In this document: positions 52,773 to 62,306 of the stretch, piece after piece
Layout: each line of letters opens with the position of its first letter
How positions within the stretch are numbered: position 1 is the stretch's first letter
Assembly: GCA_030428945.1 (NCBI GenBank)
Contig: JAUIEC010000001.1
Location: forward strand, 156,438 to 220,437
Source of the DNA: Phycisphaerae bacterium
GTDB taxonomy: Bacteria; Planctomycetota; Phycisphaerae; UBA1845; Fen-1342
Direction of reading: 5' to 3'
Length of the DNA: 64,000 nucleotides
Position numbers and translations under genes: made by a program
Notes under the pieces: model-generated
Databases searched by the model: none
Told to the model about the DNA's origin: nothing
The model's input: the letters and a program-made list of their open reading frames with translations, nothing else

Positions 52773-53974
52773 CCGAAGCCGGCCCGCTGCTTGCCCAGTT
52801 TGCCGACCTGACGACCTGGCCGGCGACGCTCTGGTTCTGGTTCATGATCGTGATCGGCCTGGTCTGGCTGAAACGGCACGTCGACATCGCGCGCGGCAAG
52901 CGCGAGCACCTGCTCGACGCCGACCAGCCCGGCCCGCCGGCTGATCAGCTACCGGCGCTGTCGATGCTGGTGGCCGCCAAGGACGAAGAGGAGAACATCG
53001 AGCGCTGCCTGCGGGGCCTGCTGCGGCAGGACTATCCCCGGCTGCAGGTGATCGCGATCAACGATCGCAGCGACGACGCGACCGGGGCGATCATCGACCG
53101 GATCGCGGCCGAGGACTCGCGGCTGACGGCGGTGCACGTGCAGGAACTGCCGGACGGCTGGTTCGGCAAGAACAACGCGATGCGGCTGGGTGTTGAGCAG
53201 GCGACCGGCGACTGGATGTGTTTTTCGGACGCGGACTGCGCCTACGACAGTCCGCACCTGCTGCGCAGCGCGCTGCGCTACGCGCTCACCGAGCGGGTGG
53301 ATTTCCTGTCGGTGCTGCCGCAGCTCGAGGCGGGCACGTTCTGGGAGCGGGTCGTGCAGCCGGTGGCCGGCGCGATCATGGTCTACTGGTATCCGCCGCA
53401 ACTGGTGAACAGCGACGAGGCGCCGCACGCCTACGCGAACGGGGCGTTCATGCTGATGCCGCGGGCGACCTACGAGAAGCTGGGCGGGCACGAACCGGTC
53501 AAGGCGACGCTGAACGAGGACATGCACCTGGCGCGGCGGACCAAGCAGGCCGGGCTGCGGCTGCGGGTGATCCGCGGCGACCGGCTCTATCGCGTGCGGA
53601 TGTACGTCGGGTTCCGCCAGATCTGGCGGGGCTGGAGCCGGATTTTCTACGGCTGCCTCGGCACGCTGCCGCGTCTGCTGCGCAGCATCCTGCTGCTGAC
53701 GCTGGTCAGCCTGAGCCCGTGGGTGACGCTGCTGCTGAGTCCCCTGGCCGGCAGCGCGGCCGGCTGGATGGCGGGCGCCGCACTGTTCGCGATCGCCGGC
53801 CAGCAGTCGGTCCTGTGGCGGTTCTACGGGATGACCGGCAACGGACCGGCCTGGGCGATCACGTACCCGCTGGGCGCGGCGGTCTGCCTGGGGATGACGT
53901 TCGGCTCGATCCGCAAACTGCTCGGAATGACGCAGACGACCTGGCGCGGGACGACGTATTCAGGGGGCGCCTGA
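52769..53974 (+). CDS. Membrane glycosyltransferase family 2
   Basis: GT-A motifs LSMLVAAKDEEENI, DxD-like FSDADCA, and NGAFM(L)MPRATYEKLGG. Several C-terminal TM helices. The architecture is HpnI- or ceramide-glucosyltransferase-like. Confidence 0.8.
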   Translation: MTEAGPLLAQFADLTTWPATLWFWFMIVIGLVWLKRHVDIARGKREHLLDADQPGPPADQLPALSMLVAAKDEEENIERCLRGLLRQDYPRLQVIAINDRSDDATGAIIDRIAAEDSRLTAVHVQELPDGWFGKNNAMRLGVEQATGDWMCFSDADCAYDSPHLLRSALRYALTERVDFLSVLPQLEAGTFWERVVQPVAGAIMVYWYPPQLVNSDEAPHAYANGAFMLMPRATYEKLGGHEPVKATLNEDMHLARRTKQAGLRLRVIRGDRLYRVRMYVGFRQIWRGWSRIFYGCLGTLPRLLRSILLLTLVSLSPWVTLLLSPLAGSAAGWMAGAALFAIAGQQSVLWRFYGMTGNGPAWAITYPLGAAVCLGMTFGSIRKLLGMTQTTWRGTTYSGGA

Positions 53975-53978
53975 ATCG

Positions 53979-54078
53979 GTAAGCAAGTAAGCAAGTAAGC
54001 AAGTCAGCAGGCAGCAAGCCACGCTCGCAGACTCCGCACTTGCTCACTTGCTTGCCTGCTTACTTGCTTACTCGCTCT
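53979..54078. repeat. Opposed GCAAGTRA / TYACTTGC heptamer tracts forming a long imperfect inverted repeat
   Basis: ggtaagcaagtaagcaagtaagcaagtcagcaggcagcaagcc ...19 nt... cttgctcacttgcttgcctgcttacttgcttactcgc. Confidence 0.8.
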
Positions 54079-54119
54079 CCAAGAACGACAATCACGGCCA
54101 AGTCTGAGGGAGTGAATCC

Positions 54120-54830
54120 ATGAACAAGGTAGTGGCCACGGCGGCGGAGGCGCTGGAGAGCGCCGGGCTGCGTGACGGCATGACGATCATGGCCGGGGGG
54201 TTCGGGCTCTGCGGGATTCCCGAGAACTGCATCGCGGCGATTCGGGCGCTGGGCGTCAGGGACCTGACGATCATCAGCAACAACTGCGGGGTCGATGACT
54301 TCGGGCTGGGGATCCTGCTGGCGACGCGGCAGATTCGCAAGATGGTCTCGAGCTACGTCGGCGAGAACGCCGAGTTCGAGCGGCAGTTCCTGGCCGGCGA
54401 ACTCGAGGTCGACCTGGTGCCGCAGGGGACCCTGGCCGAGCGGATCCGGGCCGGCGGGGCGGGGATTCCGGCCTTCTACACGCCGACCGGGGTGGGGACG
54501 GTGGTGGCCGAGGGCAAGGAGATCCGCGACTTCGACGGGCGGATGTACGTGATGGAGCGTGGCCTGCGGGCGGACCTGTCGATCGTCAAGGCGGACGTCG
54601 GCGATCACAGCGGCAACTGCATCTATCGCAAGACGGCCCGCAACTTCAATCCGATGATGGCGACGGCCGGCGAGACGTGCATCGTCGAGGTCGAGCGGCT
54701 GGTTCCGACGGGGCAACTGGACGCGGACCAGATTCACACGCCGGGCATCTTCGTGGACTACATCCTGGAAGGTTCGAACTATGAAAAGCGTATCGAGCAG
54801 AGAACGAATCGTCCTGCGGGCAGCGCGTGA
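54120..54830 (+). CDS. scoA: 3-oxoacid CoA-transferase subunit A
   Basis: Co-linear with the ScoA/AtoD family (GMTIMAGGFGLCGIPE, SNNCGVDDFGLG, ENAEFERQ). Confidence 0.9.
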   Translation: MNKVVATAAEALESAGLRDGMTIMAGGFGLCGIPENCIAAIRALGVRDLTIISNNCGVDDFGLGILLATRQIRKMVSSYVGENAEFERQFLAGELEVDLVPQGTLAERIRAGGAGIPAFYTPTGVGTVVAEGKEIRDFDGRMYVMERGLRADLSIVKADVGDHSGNCIYRKTARNFNPMMATAGETCIVEVERLVPTGQLDADQIHTPGIFVDYILEGSNYEKRIEQRTNRPAGSA

Positions 54831-55443
54831 ACTGCAGGACGGTTTCTATGTGAACCTCGGGATCGGGATGCCGACCCAGGTGGCGAATCACATCCCGGCC
54901 GGGATGAACATCGTGCTCGAGAGCGAGAACGGGATGCTCGGCATCGGCCCGTTCCCGTACGAGGGCGAGGAAGACGCCGACCTGATCAACGCGGGCAAGC
55001 AGACGATCACCGAACTGCCGGGTTCGAGCTACTTCTCGAGCGCCGATTCGTTCGGGATGATTCGCGGCGGACACATCGACCTGACGATCATGGGGGCGAT
55101 GGAGATCAGCCAGGAGGGCGACCTGGCCAACTGGATGATCCCGGGCAAGCTGGTCAAGGGGATGGGCGGCGGGATGGACCTGGTCGTCAGCGCCAGGCGG
55201 GTCGTGATGATCATGACGCACTGCGACAAGAAGGGGAACCCCAAGCTGCTGCCGCAATGCACGCTGCCGCTGACCGGCAAGCGCTGCGTCCACCGCGTGA
55301 TCACCGAACACGCCGTGTTCGACTTCGAAGACGGAAAGATGATCCTCAAGGAACGCTGGCCGGAGACTTCGGCGGAAGAACTGCGGAAGATCACGGCGGC
55401 GGAGTACACCGAAGCGGACAGCGTGGTTGAGATGGTGATCTGA
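54781..55443 (+). CDS. scoB: 3-oxoacid CoA-transferase subunit B
   Basis: ScoB/AtoA family with the catalytic Glu region (SENGMLGIGP). Overlaps scoA by 50 nt; the scoA C-terminus in that overlap may be overextended. Confidence 0.9.
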   Translation: MKSVSSRERIVLRAARELQDGFYVNLGIGMPTQVANHIPAGMNIVLESENGMLGIGPFPYEGEEDADLINAGKQTITELPGSSYFSSADSFGMIRGGHIDLTIMGAMEISQEGDLANWMIPGKLVKGMGGGMDLVVSARRVVMIMTHCDKKGNPKLLPQCTLPLTGKRCVHRVITEHAVFDFEDGKMILKERWPETSAEELRKITAAEYTEADSVVEMVI

Positions 55444-55454
55444 TTTCCTAAGAG

Positions 55455-55494
55455 AGGGAACAGGGAACCGGGAACAGGGAACAGGCCCTGGTGC
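55455..55494 (+). repeat. GGGAACA heptamer tract (family B) after the scoB stop
   Basis: agagggaacagggaaccgggaacagggaacagg. Confidence 0.8.
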
Positions 55495-55611
55495 GGTGTG
55501 TCACGGGCAGGGTGCCCCGCCCTTGAGCGTCAGCGGAAGGGTGGGGGACTGCGTTGGAACCCGATCGAGCCCAACGCCTCTACACTACAAATGCGAAGTG
55601 GAGGCTTGGGA

Positions 55612-55800
55612 ATGAAGCCGCAGGACCTGCTGGACTTGCTGCGACGACGTCCGTTCGAACCGTTCCGCCTGCATCTCTCGGACGGCGCGGTCTACGACGT
55701 GCGGCACCCCGACATGGCGATCGTGCAGCGTTCGAAGGTGATTGTTGCCGTGCCCGGCCCTGATCGGCCCGATGGACCGGCCGAGCGGACCGTCAACTGA
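55612..55800 (+). CDS. Small hypothetical protein (62 aa)
   Basis: GGAGG located 7 nt before the ATG. MKPQDLLDLLRRRPFEPFRLHLSDGAVYDVRHPDMAIV... No domain assignment. Confidence 0.35.
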   Translation: MKPQDLLDLLRRRPFEPFRLHLSDGAVYDVRHPDMAIVQRSKVIVAVPGPDRPDGPAERTVN

Positions 55801-55891
55801 GCTCTCGTCCAGATCACGCGGACGGAGTTCGTCACGGCGAGTAATCCAGATTCAGAACGCGCTTTTGGTGCCACCGCTCACGCACCCGCCA

Positions 55892-57769
55892 CTAGATGAA
55901 GTGCGGCCCGATTTCATCCGGGCGGATCTCACGTGCATACTGCCGTACCCGGGGCTCAACGTCGGGCCGCTTCAGAAAGCGCTCCAGTGTTCGCGGCATC
56001 CAGTCGGTATTCGAAGCGTAGGAACTGAGCGCGCACAGCGCCCCCGCCTGGCAGTTGGGTGATCGGCAAGTCACAAGAATCGAGCGAATCAGCGCCGCCT
56101 TGGCCTGTCCGACGGGTGTGTACTCGTCCGCCCCGATCGCCCAATGGTCGAGCAGCAGAAAAATGGACTGGTCGATTGAGTCGAAGCTGTACAGGGCGTT
56201 GAAGTCGTGACCGATCTGCGGAATCTGTACCGGCAGCTTGTCCAGCAGATCGGTATGCAGTTTCAGCAGCACCTGTATGCATCGAACTCGCTCCACCTCC
56301 GGTAGCGGTGGTTGCAGCAGATCACACCACCACTCCGAGTTCCGAAACACGAACAGCAATCCGATTCGGATCTGCTCAAGCGTGAAACGGTCGCGCAGTG
56401 CGGCCGGGTTCTTCCACAGTCGCGTCCAGTATCGAGCGAGGGTTGCCGGCTCCATGTTGTCAAACGGATTGTCGGCCCACTTGCACTCGCCCAGTCCGTT
56501 CGTGAAACAGTACTCCACCCAACTTTCGTAGTTAGCGACCGGGAAAGCAAGGTAGCGCACTTCGACGATCGTGATTTCCAGCGCACGATGTTTCTCAAGC
56601 AGTTCCAGCGTCTCCGCATCCGTGGCATACACCGAATACCACCCCGGCGGTTCGTGCCAGGGATCACCGATCAACGCGTCGCCCGCGCGCCCTTCGCCGG
56701 TCCAGGCCCACAGGTTGCTGCCCCGCAGAGGGCCGTTCGCCTCGATCGATCGCTCCACCTCGGCGTACATGGCCGCGAAGAAGCGGTTGCGGATCGTCGT
56801 CGGTGACGCCGGGTCGTAACGCTCGGCCTCGGTCGCGCCGTCGCGCGGCAGGCCGAACTCCTCCAGAACGAGCGGCTTGCCGAGTTCGGCCGCGCCCGCG
56901 ATGTGCTCGGCCAGGTACGCGCGGGCCTTTGCTTCGGCCGCCTCGTAGGTCTCGGGTCGGTCGGGATCGTACCAGCCCCAGTTCTGTGGCCAGATGTGGA
57001 CGGTGGCGTAGTCGATGCTCTCGTCCGCGTGCGTCGCGCGGAAGTCGCCGCCGACGCTGCCCTCGGATCCTGTTGAGATCATGTGATGCGGATCGAGCGA
57101 GCGAATGTAGCCGGCCGTCTCGGCGATCCATTCGAGTGGGTAGTGCCGCGGCTCGTTGGCGAGTTGCCAACTGAAGATGGCCGGCTCGTCGCGATACGCG
57201 CGCCCGGTGCAGGGGTTGTCGCGATGCACGATCGCGGCGATGTGGTCACGGGCCCATCGCCGGCACTCGGGCAGCGTGTAGAAGCGTTTCGCGTAGGCGA
57301 GGAAGTCTTCGTAGCGATCGTCGCGGGGATAGGGGATCGCCTCGCCGGTCGCCCAGGCGACGTAGGCGGCCATGCCGCCGGACCACTCCCAGAAGTTGTT
57401 GAGCACGAGCACGGCCTGCATGTCGCGGGCGGCGATTTCGGCGATGGCGTAGTCGAGGCCGTCGAGGACCCGCGGGTCGTACTGGCCGGGGGCTGGCTGC
57501 AGGGGGGGCGTGACGCGCCAGGGCTGACCGGCGGGTCCTTCGCCGCTGGCCATGATGCGGAGGTTGTTGACGCCGAGGCGCTGCAGGTGGTCGAGTTCGC
57601 GCTGCAGGCGCGGGCGGTCGCCGGGCGGGTCGGCCATGCCGAGGTGCATGGCGTGCCACATGTTGACGCCGAGGATGGTCTGCGGCTGGTGTCCGCGGTC
57701 GAAGCCGAAGCGGCGGAAGGGGCCGCGGTGGATGCGGGAGAAGTGTGCGGGTTGGTCGGATGCCGGCAT
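55892..57769 (-). CDS. Glycoside hydrolase family 5 (beta-mannanase-like) with a C-terminal extension
   Basis: GH5 acid/base motif LANEPR and nucleophile LEEFG. FWEWSGG aromatic platform. About 250-aa C-terminal domain of unknown function. Confidence 0.75.
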   Translation of the reverse strand: MPASDQPAHFSRIHRGPFRRFGFDRGHQPQTILGVNMWHAMHLGMADPPGDRPRLQRELDHLQRLGVNNLRIMASGEGPAGQPWRVTPPLQPAPGQYDPRVLDGLDYAIAEIAARDMQAVLVLNNFWEWSGGMAAYVAWATGEAIPYPRDDRYEDFLAYAKRFYTLPECRRWARDHIAAIVHRDNPCTGRAYRDEPAIFSWQLANEPRHYPLEWIAETAGYIRSLDPHHMISTGSEGSVGGDFRATHADESIDYATVHIWPQNWGWYDPDRPETYEAAEAKARAYLAEHIAGAAELGKPLVLEEFGLPRDGATEAERYDPASPTTIRNRFFAAMYAEVERSIEANGPLRGSNLWAWTGEGRAGDALIGDPWHEPPGWYSVYATDAETLELLEKHRALEITIVEVRYLAFPVANYESWVEYCFTNGLGECKWADNPFDNMEPATLARYWTRLWKNPAALRDRFTLEQIRIGLLFVFRNSEWWCDLLQPPLPEVERVRCIQVLLKLHTDLLDKLPVQIPQIGHDFNALYSFDSIDQSIFLLLDHWAIGADEYTPVGQAKAALIRSILVTCRSPNCQAGALCALSSYASNTDWMPRTLERFLKRPDVEPRVRQYAREIRPDEIGPHFI

Positions 57770-58058
57770 GGCCTGGGTACCGTCGTGGTTGGGGCGGCGT
57801 TCGTGGTTCAGCGGTGCGGGTGCGGCGTTCGGGGTTCGGCTTCAGGGTTCAGTAGCGGGACGGGCACACCATGCCGCCCGACCCGCGATGCGACGCGCGC
57901 ACCCCCGCCCGACCCACGGGTGGGGGCGATCCTCGCCCCTGAGTTCCATTGTACCGGGGCCGCGCCGCCGGCGGGTTCGGGCAAACACCTGAGACTTTGG
58001 AGACTTCGCGGCGTTTCGAAACACGCCGGGCGGACGACCGAGTCGCCGGCGACGCCGC

Positions 58059-58745
58059 TCACCACGGAATCTCGGTCCCGTCCAGGTCCAGGAAGGTGCC
58101 GGTGCGACTCGGCGTCAGGCCGTCGATCACCGTCAGCATCCGGGCCACCGAATCATCCGGCGTCAGCGGCGCCTCCGACCCGCCCATGTCCGTGTGCACC
58201 CAGCCCGGATGCAGCACCACCACCGAAATCCCCCGCCGCCGGTAGTCCCGCGCCGCAATCACGCTGTTCATGTTCAGGGCCGCCTTGCTCGAACTGTAGG
58301 CATAGTCGCCGCCCCGGCCACCCTCGATCGCCCGCGTGATGCTGCCCATCTGGCTGCCGATGTTCACGCACAACCGCCGCGAGCCGTCCTCCAGGTTCGG
58401 GGCCAGATGCCGCAGCACCAGCAGCGGACCGAGCGCGTTAACCCGGTAGCAATCCAGCAGCGCCTGCGGATCCACCTCGTCCAGCCCCTTCCCGCGATCC
58501 GGAAAAACTCCCGCGTTGTTGATCAGCACGTCGATCGAACGCCCCGCCAGGCTGCCCGCCAGCGCCTGCACGCTGGCCTCGTCGCCACAGTCCAGCGGCT
58601 GGATCTCTCCGCCCAGATCGGCCAACTCGACCGCCTGCTCCGGCTGCCGGGCCGTCCCGATCACAACCTCTCCGCGGGTCAGCAGTTGCCGCGCGAACGC
58701 CAGCCCGATGCCGCGATTCGCCCCTGTCACCAGATATGTCGCCAT
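58059..58745 (-). CDS. SDR family short-chain dehydrogenase/reductase
   Basis: TGANRGIG cofactor motif, NNAG, catalytic YSSSK. Confidence 0.9.
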   Translation of the reverse strand: MATYLVTGANRGIGLAFARQLLTRGEVVIGTARQPEQAVELADLGGEIQPLDCGDEASVQALAGSLAGRSIDVLINNAGVFPDRGKGLDEVDPQALLDCYRVNALGPLLVLRHLAPNLEDGSRRLCVNIGSQMGSITRAIEGGRGGDYAYSSSKAALNMNSVIAARDYRRRGISVVVLHPGWVHTDMGGSEAPLTPDDSVARMLTVIDGLTPSRTGTFLDLDGTEIPW

Positions 58746-58957
58746 GCCCTCAACCTCCGCCAGGCCGGTCTCGCCGTCCCGCTCGATGCGCCCTCAACCG
58801 CGAACAGCATACCACGCGGATCCCAACAACGCGGCCCATCGCGCCGATGCAACATTCACCCAATTCTAACAGTTTCTTTGCAGGCCACAGCTAGTCTCCC
58901 GCCCGGTCTCCGCCAGCGCTGGCGGACCGGTTTGTGGGAAAGATTGGAGAGAACAAC

Positions 58958-59626
58958 ATGCGGGCTTTCCTGATGGGTGCCGCCGCGCTGCTCAGCGCGG
59001 CCACCGCCAACGCCAATATCGTCGTAAGCGAAATCTGGGCCGGCGGCCTGGCCGGGACCGAGGCCACCTCGGACTGGTTCGAACTGACCAACCTCGGCGG
59101 CGCGGCCGTCGATCCGACGGGCTGGTACTACGACGATAGTACCAACGACCCGACCTCCGACGACCCCGTTCTCGGCCTCGGCTCGATCGCGGCCGGCGAA
59201 TCGGTCATCGTCCTGACGAGCTGGGAAGACGACTTCCTGACCGCGGCCGACGCGATCACGGCCTTCACGGCCCAGTGGGATGTCGCCAGTTCGCTCAGCG
59301 GCGTCCAGATCGGTTACGTCGACGGCGGTGGCGGCCTCGGCAGCGGAACCGACGCGGTCTTCATCTACGACGGCAACAACGCCGGCGCCAACACGCTCGC
59401 CGCGCAGCAGTACGTCGGCCCGACCCTGCCGGCCTCGTTCGTCACCGATGGCGCCGGAAACTGGAGCAACCAGGCCGCCGTCGCCGGCGTGCTCGGCGCC
59501 TACGAGTCGAACTTCGCCGCCTCCGACGGACTGACCGAAAAGGCCGTCGGCTCGCCCGGCGTCATCCCGGAACCCGGAACCCTGATGCTGCTCGCCCTGG
59601 CCGGCCTGGCCGTGAAGCGGCGCTAA
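58958..59626 (+). CDS. PEP-CTERM-anchored protein with a lamin-tail-domain (LTD)-like region
   Basis: Signal peptide. IVVSEIW...SDWFELTNLGGAAVDPTGWYYDD (LTD-like). C-terminal VIPEPGTLMLLALAGLAVKRR is a PEP motif plus a TM helix and basic tail. Confidence 0.75.
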   Translation: MRAFLMGAAALLSAATANANIVVSEIWAGGLAGTEATSDWFELTNLGGAAVDPTGWYYDDSTNDPTSDDPVLGLGSIAAGESVIVLTSWEDDFLTAADAITAFTAQWDVASSLSGVQIGYVDGGGGLGSGTDAVFIYDGNNAGANTLAAQQYVGPTLPASFVTDGAGNWSNQAAVAGVLGAYESNFAASDGLTEKAVGSPGVIPEPGTLMLLALAGLAVKRR

Positions 59627-59732
59627 TCTTTTCTTAATACTCCGGGCGTAGTGTTCGCGGCCGTGGCGGTCCTGCCGTCGCGGCCGCTTTCGTTTCAGTC
59701 GGTTGAACGTTCCAGTTCTTGGGGTAACACGT

Positions 59733-60980
59733 ATGCGTCACGCCTGGATCGCGGCCGCCGCCGCGCTGCTGTCCGGATCCGCCCTCGGCCAGGTTGTACT
59801 CAACGAAGCCAACGCCGTCGGCAACACCGAGCCGTACACCGAGATCGACCCGAGCAAGCCCTACGAGGGTTTTGACTTCGGCATCCTGCCCTACAGCGGC
59901 AACACCAACAGCCCGACCGCCGCGGTCGATCCCGGCAATCCGTTCAGCGACGTCGACGCCGGCACCCCCGGCGTGCAGACGACCCTGCCGAACGGCTGGG
60001 ACGGCACCACCGGCTGGGCCCGGATCCTCGAAAACGGCGGCGACTGGATCGAACTGGTCGTCACCGAGGACTTCGCCGACCTGCGCGGCTACTGGCTCTA
60101 CTGGGAAAACGACGACGACCAGGACGGCATCCCGGCCGAGCCGAACGAGTTCGGCTACATCCACCTGTCCTACGACCCCGCCTGGAACAACCTGCGGGCC
60201 GGCACGATCATCACGATCAGCGAAGACCCGCTTCGCGACGAAATCCGCGACCGCTACCCCGACTTCATCGACCTGCCCAGTTCGCCGATCACCCACGACA
60301 CCGGCTTTGACTACGACCTGACCGACAACCTGACGTTCGACCCGATCGGCGTCGGCACCCAGACCAGCCCCGAGGTCGATCCCGACTGGCACATGCACTT
60401 CCGGGTCAACGAGCCGATCACCCAGAACGCCAACATGGACACGCAGTACTTCCTGGCCGGCTCGAACATCAAGGTCGACAACGACTCGTGGCGTCAGATC
60501 ATCTTCGACGCCAACAATCCCGGCCCGATGCCCGGCGGCGACCTGACCACCGGACAGGTCCAGCCCCCGATCGGCGAGGACGAATTCACCTGGGGCCTGA
60601 ACACCGGCGGCGGTGGCGTCGGCAACCAGGAAGTCATCTCGCTGCTGGCCGACCCCGTCAGCGGAATCACCGCGGCCGACTACGAAGACACCGACTTTTC
60701 GACCTTCGGCCGGCCGAACCTGTACAACCTGGCCGGCAACGAGAACACGCTCGGCGGGGTGCAGGACTTCTCGGCCCTGCGCGGCTGGGTCGCGAGCGTC
60801 ACGACCGGCGACAGCAACTTCGACGGAATCGTCGACTTCGGCGACGCGCTGACGCAGTTCGGCAACCTGACCGGACCCGGCAACAGCAGCGTGATTCCGT
60901 GGTCGCAGGGCAGCTTCGACGGAGACGGCGACAGCGATCTCGACGACGTGATCCTGCTGCAGCGCAACTTCGGTCTCTGA
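59733..60980 (+). CDS. Secreted LTD-like protein with a C-terminal dockerin-like repeat
   Basis: Signal peptide MRHAWIAAAAALLSGSALG. VVLNEANAV...GDWIELVVTED (LTD-like). C-terminal GDSNFDGIVDFGD...DGDGDSDLDDVILLQRNFG. Confidence 0.6.
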   Translation: MRHAWIAAAAALLSGSALGQVVLNEANAVGNTEPYTEIDPSKPYEGFDFGILPYSGNTNSPTAAVDPGNPFSDVDAGTPGVQTTLPNGWDGTTGWARILENGGDWIELVVTEDFADLRGYWLYWENDDDQDGIPAEPNEFGYIHLSYDPAWNNLRAGTIITISEDPLRDEIRDRYPDFIDLPSSPITHDTGFDYDLTDNLTFDPIGVGTQTSPEVDPDWHMHFRVNEPITQNANMDTQYFLAGSNIKVDNDSWRQIIFDANNPGPMPGGDLTTGQVQPPIGEDEFTWGLNTGGGGVGNQEVISLLADPVSGITAADYEDTDFSTFGRPNLYNLAGNENTLGGVQDFSALRGWVASVTTGDSNFDGIVDFGDALTQFGNLTGPGNSSVIPWSQGSFDGDGDSDLDDVILLQRNFGL

Positions 60981-61008
60981 TCCACTTCGACCGTCGAGGA
61001 GTCCGCCG

Positions 61009-61872
61009 ATGCGCACCGGCAAGTCCGCCTTCACGCTGATCGAACTGATGGTCGTGGTCGCGATCATCGCCCTGCTGCTCGCGATCCTGCTGCCGTCGCT
61101 CAACCAGGCCCGGGCCCAGGCCAAGGACGTCAAGTGCCTCTCCAGCGTCCGGCAGTGGGGCGTCGGCACGATCATGTGGTCCGACGAGAACAACGGCGAT
61201 CTGCCCTGGGACGGACCCAGCAGCGAGATCCTCAGCCAGACCGTCGACGCGGACGGCACCCAGGCGTTCGAAGTGCCGTACTTCTTCGCCAACGCCGTCC
61301 CGCCCTACGTGGCCGTCGAGCGCTATCGCCAGTTGATGGAGACCGCGCTCAAGCAGGGCGACGCCCGCGACGTCCCGGTCCCGGGCGACAAGAGCATCTT
61401 CGTCTGTCCGTCGGCCGAGAAGCCCAGCCCCGGCGCGGATCTGCCCGGCACGGTTCCGTTCGAAGTCGACGGGACGCCGTACTATTACTACTTCAACTAC
61501 GTGATCAACTCGAAGCTGGAGAACGGCTCGAAGGACCGCTGGCCGATCGGCGAGGAGAAGGCCCGCCTCGGCTGGATCCGCAACCCGTCGGTGACGGTCC
61601 TGCTGTTCGACATGCGTTCGACGGTCAACGAGATTCCGCCGAGCTACACCGAGATCGTCGGCGGCAACAACCTGAAGCGCGTGCACGCCAAGTGGGCCGA
61701 GATGGCTTATCGCCACAAGGAAGGCGCCAACGTGCTGTTCGCCGACGGCTCCGGGCGTCCGGTCAAGTTCGCCTACGCCAACACCCGCCAGCAGCGCGAC
61801 TACATCAAGCCCAACTTCTGGGGCTACAACCAGCCCGACCTGATCTGGTCACCACTCGACCGGGCCCGCTGA
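61009..61872 (+). CDS. DUF1559 protein with a prepilin-type N-terminal cleavage/methylation domain (H-X9-DG family)
   Basis: Class III signal GKSAFTLIELMVVVAIIALLLAILLP. C-terminal HKEGANVLFADGSG (H-X9-DG). Confidence 0.9.
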   Translation: MRTGKSAFTLIELMVVVAIIALLLAILLPSLNQARAQAKDVKCLSSVRQWGVGTIMWSDENNGDLPWDGPSSEILSQTVDADGTQAFEVPYFFANAVPPYVAVERYRQLMETALKQGDARDVPVPGDKSIFVCPSAEKPSPGADLPGTVPFEVDGTPYYYYFNYVINSKLENGSKDRWPIGEEKARLGWIRNPSVTVLLFDMRSTVNEIPPSYTEIVGGNNLKRVHAKWAEMAYRHKEGANVLFADGSGRPVKFAYANTRQQRDYIKPNFWGYNQPDLIWSPLDRAR

Positions 61873-61926
61873 CGCCGCCAAGCCCCTGTGTAAACGTGAA
61901 TGGGTGCAGGAGTGAAAGAGGGGGCG

Positions 61927-61976
61927 GGCAAGTGAGCAAGTAAGCAAGTGAGCAAGTGAGCAAGTAAGCACGTCAG
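61927..61976 (+). repeat. GCAAGTRA heptamer tract (family A) downstream of the DUF1559 gene
   Basis: ggcaagtgagcaagtaagcaagtgagcaagtgagcaagtaagcacgtcagc. Confidence 0.8.
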
Positions 61977-62104
61977 CACAGATGCGCAGGGGAATACCTG
62001 GACGCTGCTCCCCTTGCGAAGCTGGCCGATGTTCTGTTCCGCAGACGGGGGCGCGAGGATCCCTTTGTCGTTGCCCCCGGCCGTGCTACACTGCGCCGCT
62101 TCCG

Positions 62105-62178
62105 CGGGGTGTAGCTCAGCCTGGCAGAGCGCTTGGTTTGGGACCAAGAGGTCGCTGGTTCGAATCCAGTCACCCCGA
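62105..62178 (+). tRNA. tRNA-Pro (anticodon TGG)
   Basis: Manual cloverleaf: acceptor CGGGGTG/CACCCCG (C1:G72), D-stem GCTC/GAGC, anticodon stem CTTGG/CCAAG with loop TTTGGGA, T-stem GCTGG/CCAGT with loop TTCGAAT, discriminator A. CCA is not encoded. Coordinates were anchored to the ORF 61982-62278 frame. Confidence 0.85.
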
Positions 62179-62306
62179 TTCCGGAGGCCGGATGACCTCG
62201 GCAAGCGCTGGGGCCACGATCGGCCGTCTCCTGTTCAATCCTGTCCCCGTCCGCTCCGGGCGCGAGTGCGGGGGTTGATCCAGAACATGAACGAGGCAGA
62301 CCGGGC

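Noticed and set aside
54781-54830. The 50-nt scoA/scoB overlap as a possible frameshift or fusion.
   Set aside because: Both frames are intact and each subunit has its own start. The more likely explanation is that the scoA C-terminus is overextended, or a genuine overlap exists. Nothing indicates a pseudogene.
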